Sequence record: ON529850.1
Direction: 5' to 3' (one strand)
DNA: 64,000 bases
Shown here: positions 1-8,894 of the stretch, in pieces
How positions within the stretch are numbered: the stretch's first letter is position 1
Layout: every line of letters starts with the position of its first letter
Notes under the pieces: generated by a model
Seen by the model: the letters and a program-made list of their open reading frames with translations, nothing else
What the model was told of the DNA's origin: nothing
Databases searched by the model: none
Position numbers and translations under genes: made by a program

Positions 1-1
1 A

Positions 2-721
2 AGGGTGCAGATAGGACGATCCGCCGCCCGCGCCGGACGAGTTCGTGGTACTCCACTGAAAGGCGCCGGCACCGCCTCCAAAATATCCGCCGCCGCCGCC
101 GCCGCCATTGTAGGAATCGGCATTGGCGACGAAGCCATTGCCGCCTTTCAGCGACGATCCGGGCTTGTTGGGCGTGCTACCGGTGATCGCGGAGGCGCCG
201 CCTGCCGTCTGCGTGCCACCCCATCCGCGCACGTTCGTCGCACCGAAGCCGTCCTCACCCACGAGGCCGCCACCAGCGCCGCCAAAGCCAAGGGCCGTCG
301 ACGCACCGGTTTCGTTGTGGTTGGCGCCGCCGCCGCCCGCAGCCACGGCGATCAGGACATTGTTGACGTAGAGGCGCGTCGAACCGCCGCCGCCGCCCGC
401 CGCGCGGATGGTGAAGGCGTAGCCGCCGTTGCCGCCGTCGGGCCAACCGCCGAGGGAGGCGGCCGCGCCGGTCAGCGGGTCCGTGCGCCCGCCGCCGCCG
501 ACCTCGATCTTGACGGTGTCGCCGGCAGACACGACGACTTCGCCGGAGACGAAACCGCCCGCGCCGCCATAGCCGACGCGAGGCGCCACATTGGAGGCAT
601 TGCTGCCACCGCCCGCGCCGCCCCACAGCTTGAACGTCAGTGCGCCGCCGGTGGCGATCGTATAGGTCTGTGCCGAACCTGCGTAAGTATAGGAGGACTT
701 GCCGGAAGGAAGATCAGCCAT
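2..721 (-). CDS. Glycine-rich putative virion/tail protein (3' end runs off the window; not in ORF track)
   Basis: Manual translation from ATG 721: MADLPSGKSSYTYAGSAQTYTIATGGALTFKLWGGAGGG...GGAGGFVSGEVVVSAGDTVKIEVGGGG...GGGGGGGYFGGGAG; pattern of Gly-rich (ALK/LTK-like) domains; open to position 2. Confidence 0.75.
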   Translation of the reverse strand, partial: MADLPSGKSSYTYAGSAQTYTIATGGALTFKLWGGAGGGSNASNVAPRVGYGGAGGFVSGEVVVSAGDTVKIEVGGGGRTDPLTGAAASLGGWPDGGNGGYAFTIRAAGGGGGSTRLYVNNVLIAVAAGGGGANHNETGASTALGFGGAGGGLVGEDGFGATNVRGWGGTQTAGGASAITGSTPNKPGSSLKGGNGFVANADSYNGGGGGGGYFGGGAGAFQWSTTNSSGAGGGSSYLHP

Positions 722-885
722 CAGCAGAACTCAGACGCAGAAAAGCGCCCGGCGGCGAACACCGGGCGCGTAGAGGTATGGAAAGTGCGGGAAAGTCGCG
801 CCGACACATCAAACCAAAATGAACCGAAGCCCGCCTTGTAGCACAAAACGGGCTCGATTACCAGGAATAATGTCAGTGACTGCCG

Positions 886-1299
886 TTAGTTCTGGAAGCG
901 CAGGGGCGCCGAGAAGGTCACCGCGAACGACGCGTTCGTCGAGGAGATTTCCTGGTTGAAGTCGACGTAGGCAACCAACGGGTTCGCATTCGGCTGACCG
1001 GCGGCGAAGAAGATCACCGCGCCGCGCGCCGTGACCGTGGCGTTGGACCAGGCCACGTTCGAGAACGACAGATCGACGCGGTTGGCGACGTTGTCCTTCG
1101 AGATCGTGACGGTGGTGCCTTGGCCGCCAGCCGTGTATCCGGTGCCCGTCACCTCATTGGTGACGTCCGAAAAACGCGTGTGCGACTTCTGCGCGGTGTA
1201 GCCGGAGCCGACCAGGGCGACGCGAAAACCGGTGACGTCGAACTGGAGGTCCCCATTGCAGAGGTCCTCGATCATGGAGTTGTAAACGAGAGAGGCCAT
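886..1299 (-). CDS. Putative virion structural protein, 137 aa
   Basis: MASLVYNS...GTGYTAGG...YVDF; beta-rich small protein typical of phage tail/structural modules; RBS upstream. Confidence 0.7.
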   Translation of the reverse strand: MASLVYNSMIEDLCNGDLQFDVTGFRVALVGSGYTAQKSHTRFSDVTNEVTGTGYTAGGQGTTVTISKDNVANRVDLSFSNVAWSNATVTARGAVIFFAAGQPNANPLVAYVDFNQEISSTNASFAVTFSAPLRFQN

Positions 1300-1349
1300 G
1301 GGTTCTGTCTCCTAGAGGCCGTTGAAGTGTGGTTCCGACCGGCCCCCGG

Positions 1350-2033
1350 TCAGAAAGTGCCGCCGTCGATCTTGACGTTGGTGAGGATGACGCTGTCCAG
1401 CTTGCCGCCAGTGACGTCGATGTTGTCGGCGTTTTGCACCGCCATGGTTCCGAGATCGCCGCCCGACCCCGAGCCGACCCCGGTCGTGCCGATGTAGCGG
1501 TAGGCTTCGAAGTAGACGCCGTGACTGGCGACTGAGACCGCGCCGGTCCCGATCGTGGCGGTCTTGCCCGCAGGGATCGTGCCCGTAAAAATCAGGACGC
1601 CGGCGGCGTAGTCGAACACCCACTCCTCGCCCGTCGTGTCGGGAAAGATTCGGGCCGCCGGCCCGACGCTGGGGTCGCCGATGAAAACCCGAACCGCGTA
1701 GCCCGAGCCGAAAGTCGGTGCGATGAAGTTGGTCGCGCGACTGTTGACGTCATCGGGCGTGGTCGTCGCCAGCCAGGCCACGTTTGCAGGTGAGGTCGGA
1801 TCGACCGTCGCCTTAATACGCTGCGCGCCCTCATAAGCTTGAATGATGGCGTTCGCGACCGGGGTCGCGGGAATATCATCACCCTGTTGCCAGACCGATG
1901 ACGGAAGCACAGGCGAGGGCGAAGCGATCGTTTCGTTCGAGCCGAACTTGATCGCGGCGCCGGCCGTCTTTGAGACGCCGAAGATGATCTTCTTCCAGAG
2001 GAAGTCGATCTTTTCACTGTCGATAATCGCCAT
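1350..2033 (-). CDS. Putative virion protein, 227 aa (paralog of the N-terminus of 2044-4212)
   Basis: MAIIDSEKIDFLWKKIIFGVSKTA...RIFPDTTGEEWVFDYAAGVL closely matches the start of the 722-aa neighbour. Confidence 0.75.
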   Translation of the reverse strand: MAIIDSEKIDFLWKKIIFGVSKTAGAAIKFGSNETIASPSPVLPSSVWQQGDDIPATPVANAIIQAYEGAQRIKATVDPTSPANVAWLATTTPDDVNSRATNFIAPTFGSGYAVRVFIGDPSVGPAARIFPDTTGEEWVFDYAAGVLIFTGTIPAGKTATIGTGAVSVASHGVYFEAYRYIGTTGVGSGSGGDLGTMAVQNADNIDVTGGKLDSVILTNVKIDGGTF

Positions 2034-2043
2034 CGCCCGCGCC

Positions 2044-4212
2044 TCAGTTCGTGAACGACAGCGCGGAGATCGCTTGACCCGCGTTCAGGCGGAAGCGCAC
2101 CAGGATTTCGTTCCCGGTCGCGTTAGTCGACGACTGGGTGCCGAAGGTGATCTGGAACGTGCCGGTGGTCCCGGTCATGACGGCGCCCAGGGCGCATCCC
2201 GCATCCGCATCGCCCGCTTCACCCGGAACGCCGGCGCCGTCATAGGGCTTGAAGGCGTTCCACCAGCCGTTCGGCGCATTCGGTGCGGTGTCCGAAGCGC
2301 CGGGCAGCTTGATGCGGCAATCGGCATAGGTGCCCGTGACGTTGATCTTGAACGCCGACAGCGCCGAACGGTTGAACGAGAAGGTGACGTATTGCTCGGC
2401 GGAGCGGCCCACGGACAGGTTGGGACCAGCCGGCAGATAGGTCGTATAGTCGGTCTGGTCATGTTTCAGCACGCCGCCCACGACGATGGCTTCGTGGGTC
2501 GCGGGCGTAGGCGTGGAATCCCAGGCCGCCGCAACGCCGGCCGGCGTCGGACCCCCCGCCATCGACTTGCGCACAGCCGCATTGCTGTTGGGAGCCGATC
2601 CCAGGCCGGTGACCGGGACGGACATCTCATTGATGCGGCTTCCCGACGTCCCGCGCTTCACCAGGATGTTCTTGGCCTGGACGGTGGTCGTGGCCGAGGC
2701 GCCGTTGACGTTGCGCGCCGTCGCCTGAATGACGCCGACATTATGGACGTTGGCGCCGTCGATCGCCACGGTCGCCGAGGTGATCGGGAAATCAGCGGTG
2801 TTGCCGCGCGCCAGAGGCGTCGTCAGACCGATGGCGGCGTAGTTCAGCGTATCGGCCGAGATGATGCCGTTGGTCCCGGAGATCGTCAGCGGGTCCGAGC
2901 CGCCATAGTAGGTTTCACCCGGAACCAGGTTCGCGAGGGTCAGGCCGACCGTCAGGGACGCGCCGTCACCGTAGTGGGGCACGCCCGAGGAATAGGCCAA
3001 GGTGCCGGCGGCAGCCTGGACGACCGTTCCGGCGGAAATGGTGGGGTTCCCCGATCCGGCGTCGCGGACGAAGAAGACCTCATTGGTCTGACCGGCTCCA
3101 GAGTGCGCCACGCGCACCTTGTTGACGCCGATCGGCGCGACAAGGCCGGTCAGGCTGACGTCGATCGACTTCCAGAACCCAGGCGTAGCGGCGGGGAAAT
3201 CCTTCTGATCCGCGACCGTCAGTCCATCCGTCGTCCCGTTGTCGTTCTCGCCCGTCAGGACCTTGGTCGCCACCACAGTGCCGTTGAGCAGAGCCGTGAG
3301 GGTCCCGACATCGCCGGGGCCGACATCGTTGAAGACGTTGGAGTTGACGCCGTTGGCGGTGATACGCGTGACCGCATCACCCGCCACCAGGGACGAGGTC
3401 GCATGATCCGTGACGCCCGTGGCGAGACGAGGCGAGTTGCCGGCGGTGTTCGCCACCGATAGGGCTCCATTGGGGAACATCGGCGGCTGGCTCGGCACCA
3501 ACTTGCCCAACACCTCATTGAGACGATCAACCGCCTCGGAGACGGGGGTGTCGTCTTCCAACGGCACGGCGCCAGGAGTCCAGGAACCGTCACCGTGCTG
3601 CGAGATGTCGCCCAGCGGCAGACCGAAGCCGTCCTCAGCCCCTCCGCCACCGCCGCGCTCGCCCTGATACTGATAGAGTTCGAAGTAGATGCCGTCGGCC
3701 GCGACACTGACCGTGCCGGTGCCGATCGACGCCGGCTTGTCCGCCGGGATCGCCGAGGCGAACAGCAGCACGCCGGCCTGATAGTCAAACACCCACTCTT
3801 CACCCGTAGTGTCGGGGAAGAGACGCGCAGCAGGCCCGGCCGCCGGATCGCCGATGTAGACCTTGACCGCGTAGCTGGAGCCAAAGGTCGGCGGGATGAA
3901 GTCCACCAGGCGCGTGGCGATGTCGCCTTGAACGCCCGTAGCCAACCAGGCCAGGTTGGGGGCCGAAGTCGGATCGGTCGTCGCCGCAATGCGCGCCGCG
4001 CCCGTCATAACCTTCACCTCGGTGGTGTCAGCCACCGGCGCGAAATCCGGAATCGCGTCGGCGGCCGCCCAAATGACTTCGGGCAGGACCATCATCGGCG
4101 AAGGGATGATTTCGTTCGAGCCTGCCTTGTCCGCAGTCTTGGCGGTCTTCGAGACGCCGAAGAGGATGCGCTTCCACAAGAAGTCGAGTTTTTCGCTATC
4201 GAGAATCGCCAC
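2044..4212 (-). CDS. Large putative virion protein, 722 aa
   Basis: Long Thr/Gly/Ala-rich ORF in the structural module; shares its N-domain with 1350-2033 and its C-domain with 4226-6262. Confidence 0.75.
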   Translation of the reverse strand: MAILDSEKLDFLWKRILFGVSKTAKTADKAGSNEIIPSPMMVLPEVIWAAADAIPDFAPVADTTEVKVMTGAARIAATTDPTSAPNLAWLATGVQGDIATRLVDFIPPTFGSSYAVKVYIGDPAAGPAARLFPDTTGEEWVFDYQAGVLLFASAIPADKPASIGTGTVSVAADGIYFELYQYQGERGGGGGAEDGFGLPLGDISQHGDGSWTPGAVPLEDDTPVSEAVDRLNEVLGKLVPSQPPMFPNGALSVANTAGNSPRLATGVTDHATSSLVAGDAVTRITANGVNSNVFNDVGPGDVGTLTALLNGTVVATKVLTGENDNGTTDGLTVADQKDFPAATPGFWKSIDVSLTGLVAPIGVNKVRVAHSGAGQTNEVFFVRDAGSGNPTISAGTVVQAAAGTLAYSSGVPHYGDGASLTVGLTLANLVPGETYYGGSDPLTISGTNGIISADTLNYAAIGLTTPLARGNTADFPITSATVAIDGANVHNVGVIQATARNVNGASATTTVQAKNILVKRGTSGSRINEMSVPVTGLGSAPNSNAAVRKSMAGGPTPAGVAAAWDSTPTPATHEAIVVGGVLKHDQTDYTTYLPAGPNLSVGRSAEQYVTFSFNRSALSAFKINVTGTYADCRIKLPGASDTAPNAPNGWWNAFKPYDGAGVPGEAGDADAGCALGAVMTGTTGTFQITFGTQSSTNATGNEILVRFRLNAGQAISALSFTN

Positions 4213-4225
4213 GGTGCGAGCCGCC

Positions 4226-6262
4226 TTAGTTCGTAAAGGAGAGTGCGGAGATCGTCTGACCGGGGTTCAGGCGGAAACGCACGAAAATGAGATTGTCGGT
4301 GGAGTTGGTCGACGACTGAGTGCCGAAGGTGATCTGGAAGGTCCCGGACCCGCCCGTCATGACCGTGCCGGACGCGCAGCCCGCCAGGACGTCCCCGGCT
4401 TCACCAGGGATGCCGGCGCCGTCGTAAGGCGCGAAACCATCCCACCATCCGCCAGGGGCATTGGGCTGTAGGTCCGAAACGCCCGGCAGTTTGACCCAGC
4501 AACCGGCATAGGCGCCGGTGACATTGATGCGGAAGGCCGAACGCGACGCGCGTCGGAACCCGAACACCACGTATTGAGCGCCGTCACGACCGATCGACAG
4601 GTCTGGCCCCGAAGGGAGGTAGGCGGTGTAGTTGGTGCGGTTGTGTCCCAGGACGCCGGCAACGACCGCCGCTTCATGCGCAGGCAGCGCCGCAGCAGAA
4701 TCCCACGACGCACCATTGCCTGCGGGCGTGTCGCCAGCTGCAAAAGCATATCGGCGGGCATTGTCATTGTTCGGCAGCGCGCCCAGGCCGCTGACCGTGA
4801 CGTTCATCTCGTCGATACGTGCGCCGGCTCCGCCGCGCTTGATCAGAATGGTCGGGCCGCCCAGATCGACAGTGTCGACGCCGTTGACGTTGCGGGCGAC
4901 ACCGCTGATCTTGCCAGAGAGGTGCCCCATCCCGTCGATCGTGATCGTCTGGGGGGTCACCGCCTGAGGCGTCAGGGTGTTGAGGGCCAACGGCGCGTCG
5001 ATGCCGCTGGCGGGAACATAGCCGAACGTCTTGGTCGCGATCACCGGCCCGGTAAACTGGATCGGGTCGGAACCGCCGTAGTAGGTTTCACCTGCCAAGT
5101 TGGCGATCGACATCGCCACCGTCACGCGCCCGCCCTGATCGTAATGAGGAACACTCGACGAATAGGCGGGTGTGCCCCGATCCGTCTCCACCAGGGAGAC
5201 CGCCGAAATGATCGGCGCTGCGATCAGGGAATCGCGGATGAAGTTGACGGTATTGGTCTGACCGGCGTCGGAGTGCGCGATGTGAAGGCTGTTGTGCCCG
5301 ACCGGAACCGAAAGCTGATTCAGGCGAACATCAATCGACTTCCAGAAACCCGGCGTCTCCACCGGATAGTCCTTCTGGTCAGAAATCTCCAGGCCGGCAT
5401 AGACGCCGTTGTCGCCGGTCCCCGTCAGGGTGCGGGACGCCACGACGGCGCCGTTCAAAGAGACGGACACCGTGCCGCTGTCGCCAGGACCGGAATCCTG
5501 TAGGACGCTTGACGTCACTTGCGAAGCCGTCACACGCGTGACCGCCGTGCCGGGCGACAGGGTAACGCCGCTGTTGTTGGTGTAGCCGACAGCCAGACGC
5601 GGCGAGGAGCCGGCGACATTCGTCAGCGCCAGAGAGCCGTTGGGTAAAGCCGGTGGTTGCGTCGGAATCAGTTTACCGAGCACTTCGTTCAGGCGGTCAA
5701 CCGCCTCGGAAACCGGAGTGGCGTCTTCCAGCGGAACAGCGCCCGGTTGCCAGGACCCGTCACCGTGCGCTTCGACGTCGCCCAGGATGATGTGGAAGCC
5801 GTCCAGGTTATCGACCTTGTCGGCCGCATCCTTCAGACGGATATTGATCTTGGACACCGCCTCGGAGACGGTGTCGTCCTCGGTGAGCGGAACCGCACCG
5901 TCGTCCCACAGACTTTCGCCGTTCGGGCCGGGGATGTCACCCAGGGGAATGTTCGTGCCAATGGGCGCGAAGTTCTCCATGGCACAGTTGAGCCGCGCCA
6001 AAGCTTCGGCGACATTGTCGACCGGCTCCAGAACCACCAGGCCGCACGACCAGTCGACCTTGTCGCCCAGTCGGATTTGATCTGCGTCGCGCGCCTCGGC
6101 GATGACGACGTCTACCGAACCCTCAGCACCATATTCTCCCGCGAACAGAACGCCGCAGGTGTACCCCTCATCTTCGGGAGGGGACTTGATGAAGATGGGA
6201 AACGCCTCGTGGGTTTCGACGTCAACTGCGACATCGCCCGTGACGTCGATAAACGCAGCCAT
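4226..6262 (-). CDS. Large putative virion protein, 678 aa
   Basis: C-terminal ~500 aa is paralogous to 2044-4212 (both end FQITFGTQSSTN...VRFRL..GQ.ISALSFTN). Confidence 0.75.
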   Translation of the reverse strand: MAAFIDVTGDVAVDVETHEAFPIFIKSPPEDEGYTCGVLFAGEYGAEGSVDVVIAEARDADQIRLGDKVDWSCGLVVLEPVDNVAEALARLNCAMENFAPIGTNIPLGDIPGPNGESLWDDGAVPLTEDDTVSEAVSKINIRLKDAADKVDNLDGFHIILGDVEAHGDGSWQPGAVPLEDATPVSEAVDRLNEVLGKLIPTQPPALPNGSLALTNVAGSSPRLAVGYTNNSGVTLSPGTAVTRVTASQVTSSVLQDSGPGDSGTVSVSLNGAVVASRTLTGTGDNGVYAGLEISDQKDYPVETPGFWKSIDVRLNQLSVPVGHNSLHIAHSDAGQTNTVNFIRDSLIAAPIISAVSLVETDRGTPAYSSSVPHYDQGGRVTVAMSIANLAGETYYGGSDPIQFTGPVIATKTFGYVPASGIDAPLALNTLTPQAVTPQTITIDGMGHLSGKISGVARNVNGVDTVDLGGPTILIKRGGAGARIDEMNVTVSGLGALPNNDNARRYAFAAGDTPAGNGASWDSAAALPAHEAAVVAGVLGHNRTNYTAYLPSGPDLSIGRDGAQYVVFGFRRASRSAFRINVTGAYAGCWVKLPGVSDLQPNAPGGWWDGFAPYDGAGIPGEAGDVLAGCASGTVMTGGSGTFQITFGTQSSTNSTDNLIFVRFRLNPGQTISALSFTN

Positions 6263-6265
6263 GAG

Positions 6266-6637
6266 TTACCGGAGACGAATCTGGATGTGATCTTGCGGGA
6301 TGATGATCCCCTTGCCGGCCTCGCAGGCCCGCGACGTGCGCAGGCGTCCATAGACCATCATGCGGGCCTGGGCGTCGAAGACAGCGAAGTAGTTGACCTG
6401 CACCCAGTCATTGAGTGCAGGCCCGAACGCCAGGGGTCCGTTCGAAGTCAACGACGTGATCCCGGCGGCCTTGGTGGCGCTGAAGGTGATGGGTTGGCGC
6501 TCGTAGCCCAACTCCGCCGCCGGCTCGACGATCTGCGAGCCGTCAGGTTCCGGCGCAGACGCCAGCAATCCGAGGGTCAGGTTCGGCCCCCAGAAAGCGA
6601 CGATGGCGTCATGCGACAGATAGGAAAGATTGGGCAC
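6266..6637 (-). CDS. Putative structural protein, 123 aa
   Basis: GYERQPITF...FAVFDA motif typical of small phage tail-associated proteins; tight spacing with neighbours. Confidence 0.6.
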   Translation of the reverse strand: MPNLSYLSHDAIVAFWGPNLTLGLLASAPEPDGSQIVEPAAELGYERQPITFSATKAAGITSLTSNGPLAFGPALNDWVQVNYFAVFDAQARMMVYGRLRTSRACEAGKGIIIPQDHIQIRLR

Positions 6638-6655
6638 GAGCGCGTTCCCCGAAGA

Positions 6656-7102
6656 TTACTTCTTGGCGCGACCGCGACGGGCCGGGCGAGCCGGAGCGGC
6701 GTCGTCATCGGCGGCCGGTTCGGCATCAGCCGGATCGTCCAGGTCCGAAGCGTCGACCGCTTCAACCTTCGAATAGTCCACGACCGGAGCGGCCGGAGCG
6801 GCGGCGATCGCGGCTTGCTGCATCGCCAACTGTTGAGCGACCTGCTGCTGCTGCGCCAAAAGCGCGGCGTTGGCGCCGTCGTTGGTCGACGTCTTCTGAC
6901 CCTGGGCGGCGTCCAGAACCTTCTGCGACGGCGACGGGCCTTCCGGCACATGGGCGGTCGCGAACGGTGCGTAATGGTTCGGCGACGCCTTCACGCCGGG
7001 AATCCAGGAATAGCCGCAGCCGTTGACAAGGTCACGGGCGTTGGCGCGGGTGTGCATCTCGGCTTCGCCCGACGGGCTGTAGACGACGACGGAGTTCGAC
7101 AT
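6656..7102 (-). CDS. Hypothetical protein, 148 aa
   Basis: Clean ORF with RBS; Ala/Gln-rich middle and basic tail. Confidence 0.65.
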   Translation of the reverse strand: MSNSVVVYSPSGEAEMHTRANARDLVNGCGYSWIPGVKASPNHYAPFATAHVPEGPSPSQKVLDAAQGQKTSTNDGANAALLAQQQQVAQQLAMQQAAIAAAPAAPVVDYSKVEAVDASDLDDPADAEPAADDDAAPARPARRGRAKK

Positions 7103-7247
7103 AGGTCGGGTGGTCCTGTTTCGGGGGAGTTAGGCGGGGATGAAAAGAGCGCAGGAGCACCCGCGCGAGCCCAAAACTTGTGACACGAATCGTCCTCGAA
7201 GTCAAGATTTTCAACTTGACAAGCCAGAATTCACGTCATTCAGAAAA

Positions 7248-7277
7248 CAATCCACAGACGGGCTTATCTGTGGATAA
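7248..7277. promoter_or_regulatory. Inverted repeat containing a perfect DnaA-box consensus
   Basis: ATCCACAGA (7250-7258) / TCTGTGGAT (7267-7275); TGTGGATAA at 7269-7277 is the reverse complement of TTATCCACA. Confidence 0.45.
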
Positions 7278-7291
7278 CTGACGATATGTCG

Positions 7292-7320
7292 TTGACCCGT
7301 CACATCGACCCGACTACACG
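7292..7320 (+). promoter_or_regulatory. Putative sigma70-type promoter for the plus-strand RNA
   Basis: TTGACC (7292-7297), 17-nt spacer, TACACG (7315-7320). Confidence 0.5.
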
Positions 7321-7325
7321 TTCGT

Positions 7326-7850
7326 CATCGCTTCGGTAACGGAGCGGTCGGCGACCGGGCCTCGGCCCCTAGCCGGGGTTTCTCGACTTTCCTCAACCTT
7401 CGGGAAGAGGACGGCGGGAAACTGGAGGACCAACCGGCGGGGTGACCCGCAGGACCTGGCCGTGGACACGAACCTACAGACTTCCGCAGTCTGGAGTCGG
7501 TCCTCAGGGATTGGACGGCGCCCAGCAAAGCGTCGTCACGATTTTCTCCGCGAGCCGACCGCAGCAATGCGCCGGTTCGTCCAGAGACCTACATCGGTCG
7601 ACTTGCCTCCACGGGTTTTAGCCGGCCGATATGGTAGAGACGGAACACCGGGTCACACCGGACCGCTTACCGCCGGAACGGCTTCACCGTGGTGACACGG
7701 AATGCCCAACCGGACGACCCTTCCGGGAAACCGAGGAGGACCTCGTTCTCTCCCGGCCTAATCGTAAGAGATGGTCGGACAGTTAGGTCAGCCAGAACCA
7801 GATCGTCGGGGAAGCCCGCCTCAATCTTCGGATCGAGGCGGGCTTTTGCG
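7326..7850 (+). ncRNA. Candidate large structured non-coding RNA (~520 nt), family unassigned
   Basis: No credible ORF; stems capped by GUAA (7336), UUCG (7399), GUGA (7442), GCAA (7564), GUGA (7692), GAAA (7727) and UUCG (7827) tetraloops, all read on the + strand; promoter upstream and U-tailed hairpin downstream. Confidence 0.7.
7812..7850 (+). terminator. Intrinsic terminator (possibly bidirectional)
   Basis: AAGCCCGCCTC-aa-TC-TTCG-GA-tc-GAGGCGGGCTT followed by TTGCGTT; abuts the stop of minus-strand gene 7852-8787. Confidence 0.75.
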
Positions 7851-7851
7851 T

Positions 7852-8787
7852 TTAGGCCTCGACGGTGAAGGACAGCTCCACCAGCGGAGACGTGCGCGTG
7901 CGGGTTTCCGCCTTCAGGGTCACGGTGAAATCGCCGCCCGAGAAACCCTTGCGGTAGAACGACAGGCGTTGGATGTTCTGATAGACGTAGCCGTCGGTGG
8001 TCCCGTCGGTGATGTCGATCCCTTCCGCCGGATTCTCCAGGTGAACCTTACCGGCCGCATCCGTGCGCAGCGTCAACACAAGATCAGATTCCGGAGCCTT
8101 ACCCGTCACCGTCATGGTGATGAAGTAGAGGTCCGTCAGCACCTTGCCGGACGTCTTGTCGGTCAGGCCGAAGCTGAAGGGGATGATCCAGTCCCGTCCC
8201 GCCGCCTGGGGCAGGGCGTAAACGCCTTCCACCGGCTGCACGACCGTCAGATCATTCGGGTAACGGGCCTCCGCCGCCAGCTCGATCTCGCCGTTGGTCG
8301 CCGTCATCATCCCGCCGACCGGATTGCCGGAACCGTGCGTCAGGTAGCCGTCCGGGGTCTTGAACGACGGCTCGACATCTTCGGCCGTCGTCGGCTCGGT
8401 CAGCTCCGCCGCCGGGACAACCGCCGTCGTGAAGGTCGCTTCAATCGTCTCACCGCCATAGACGGCCCGGACCGTAAACGAGATCGGACCCGGAGCATCC
8501 GCTGCCGTCCCGCCGGCGACGATGCGAGACCCCGTCAAAGCCAACAGACCTCCGGCCGTGTCCGTCAGCGAAAGCGCCGCTTCAGGGATCGAGGCGTAAA
8601 CCTCGCCCACGGGCGCGCCCATCGCCGACCCGGCGACCAGGGTGCCGCCGCTGTAGAAAAGTTGAAGAGGCAGGGCGCGGCCCTGGGCTCCGGCGCCCGA
8701 CATGCCGCCCGTGATGCGGCGCGGGAGCGGATCGCCTGGGGCGCTCTTGACGCGAGCGAGGAGATTGATCTTGCGAGTGATAGCCAT
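7852..8787 (-). CDS. Hypothetical (possibly virion-associated) protein, 311 aa
   Basis: Clean ORF with RBS (AAAAGGA) downstream of the capsid operon terminator. Confidence 0.65.
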   Translation of the reverse strand: MAITRKINLLARVKSAPGDPLPRRITGGMSGAGAQGRALPLQLFYSGGTLVAGSAMGAPVGEVYASIPEAALSLTDTAGGLLALTGSRIVAGGTAADAPGPISFTVRAVYGGETIEATFTTAVVPAAELTEPTTAEDVEPSFKTPDGYLTHGSGNPVGGMMTATNGEIELAAEARYPNDLTVVQPVEGVYALPQAAGRDWIIPFSFGLTDKTSGKVLTDLYFITMTVTGKAPESDLVLTLRTDAAGKVHLENPAEGIDITDGTTDGYVYQNIQRLSFYRKGFSGGDFTVTLKAETRTRTSPLVELSFTVEA

Positions 8788-8832
8788 GATGCGTCCTTTT
8801 CATGATGGCGTGTGGTGGCGAACCACCTGGGT

Positions 8833-8868
8833 AAAGAAAAAGGGCCGCCCCTTTCGAGGCGGCCCTTC
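8833..8868 (-). terminator. Intrinsic terminator after the capsid operon
   Basis: Minus strand GAAGGGCCGCCTC-GAAA-GGGGCGGCCCTTTTTCTTT. Confidence 0.8.
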
Positions 8869-8894
8869 ATGTTTCCCGGACCGGGAGGCCTGGT

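Noticed and set aside
7326-7850. tmRNA or RNase P RNA identity for the large RNA
   Set aside because: No tRNA-Ala-like ends or tag ORF and no RNase P conserved GAGGAAAGUCC/CAGAAA-type motifs seen
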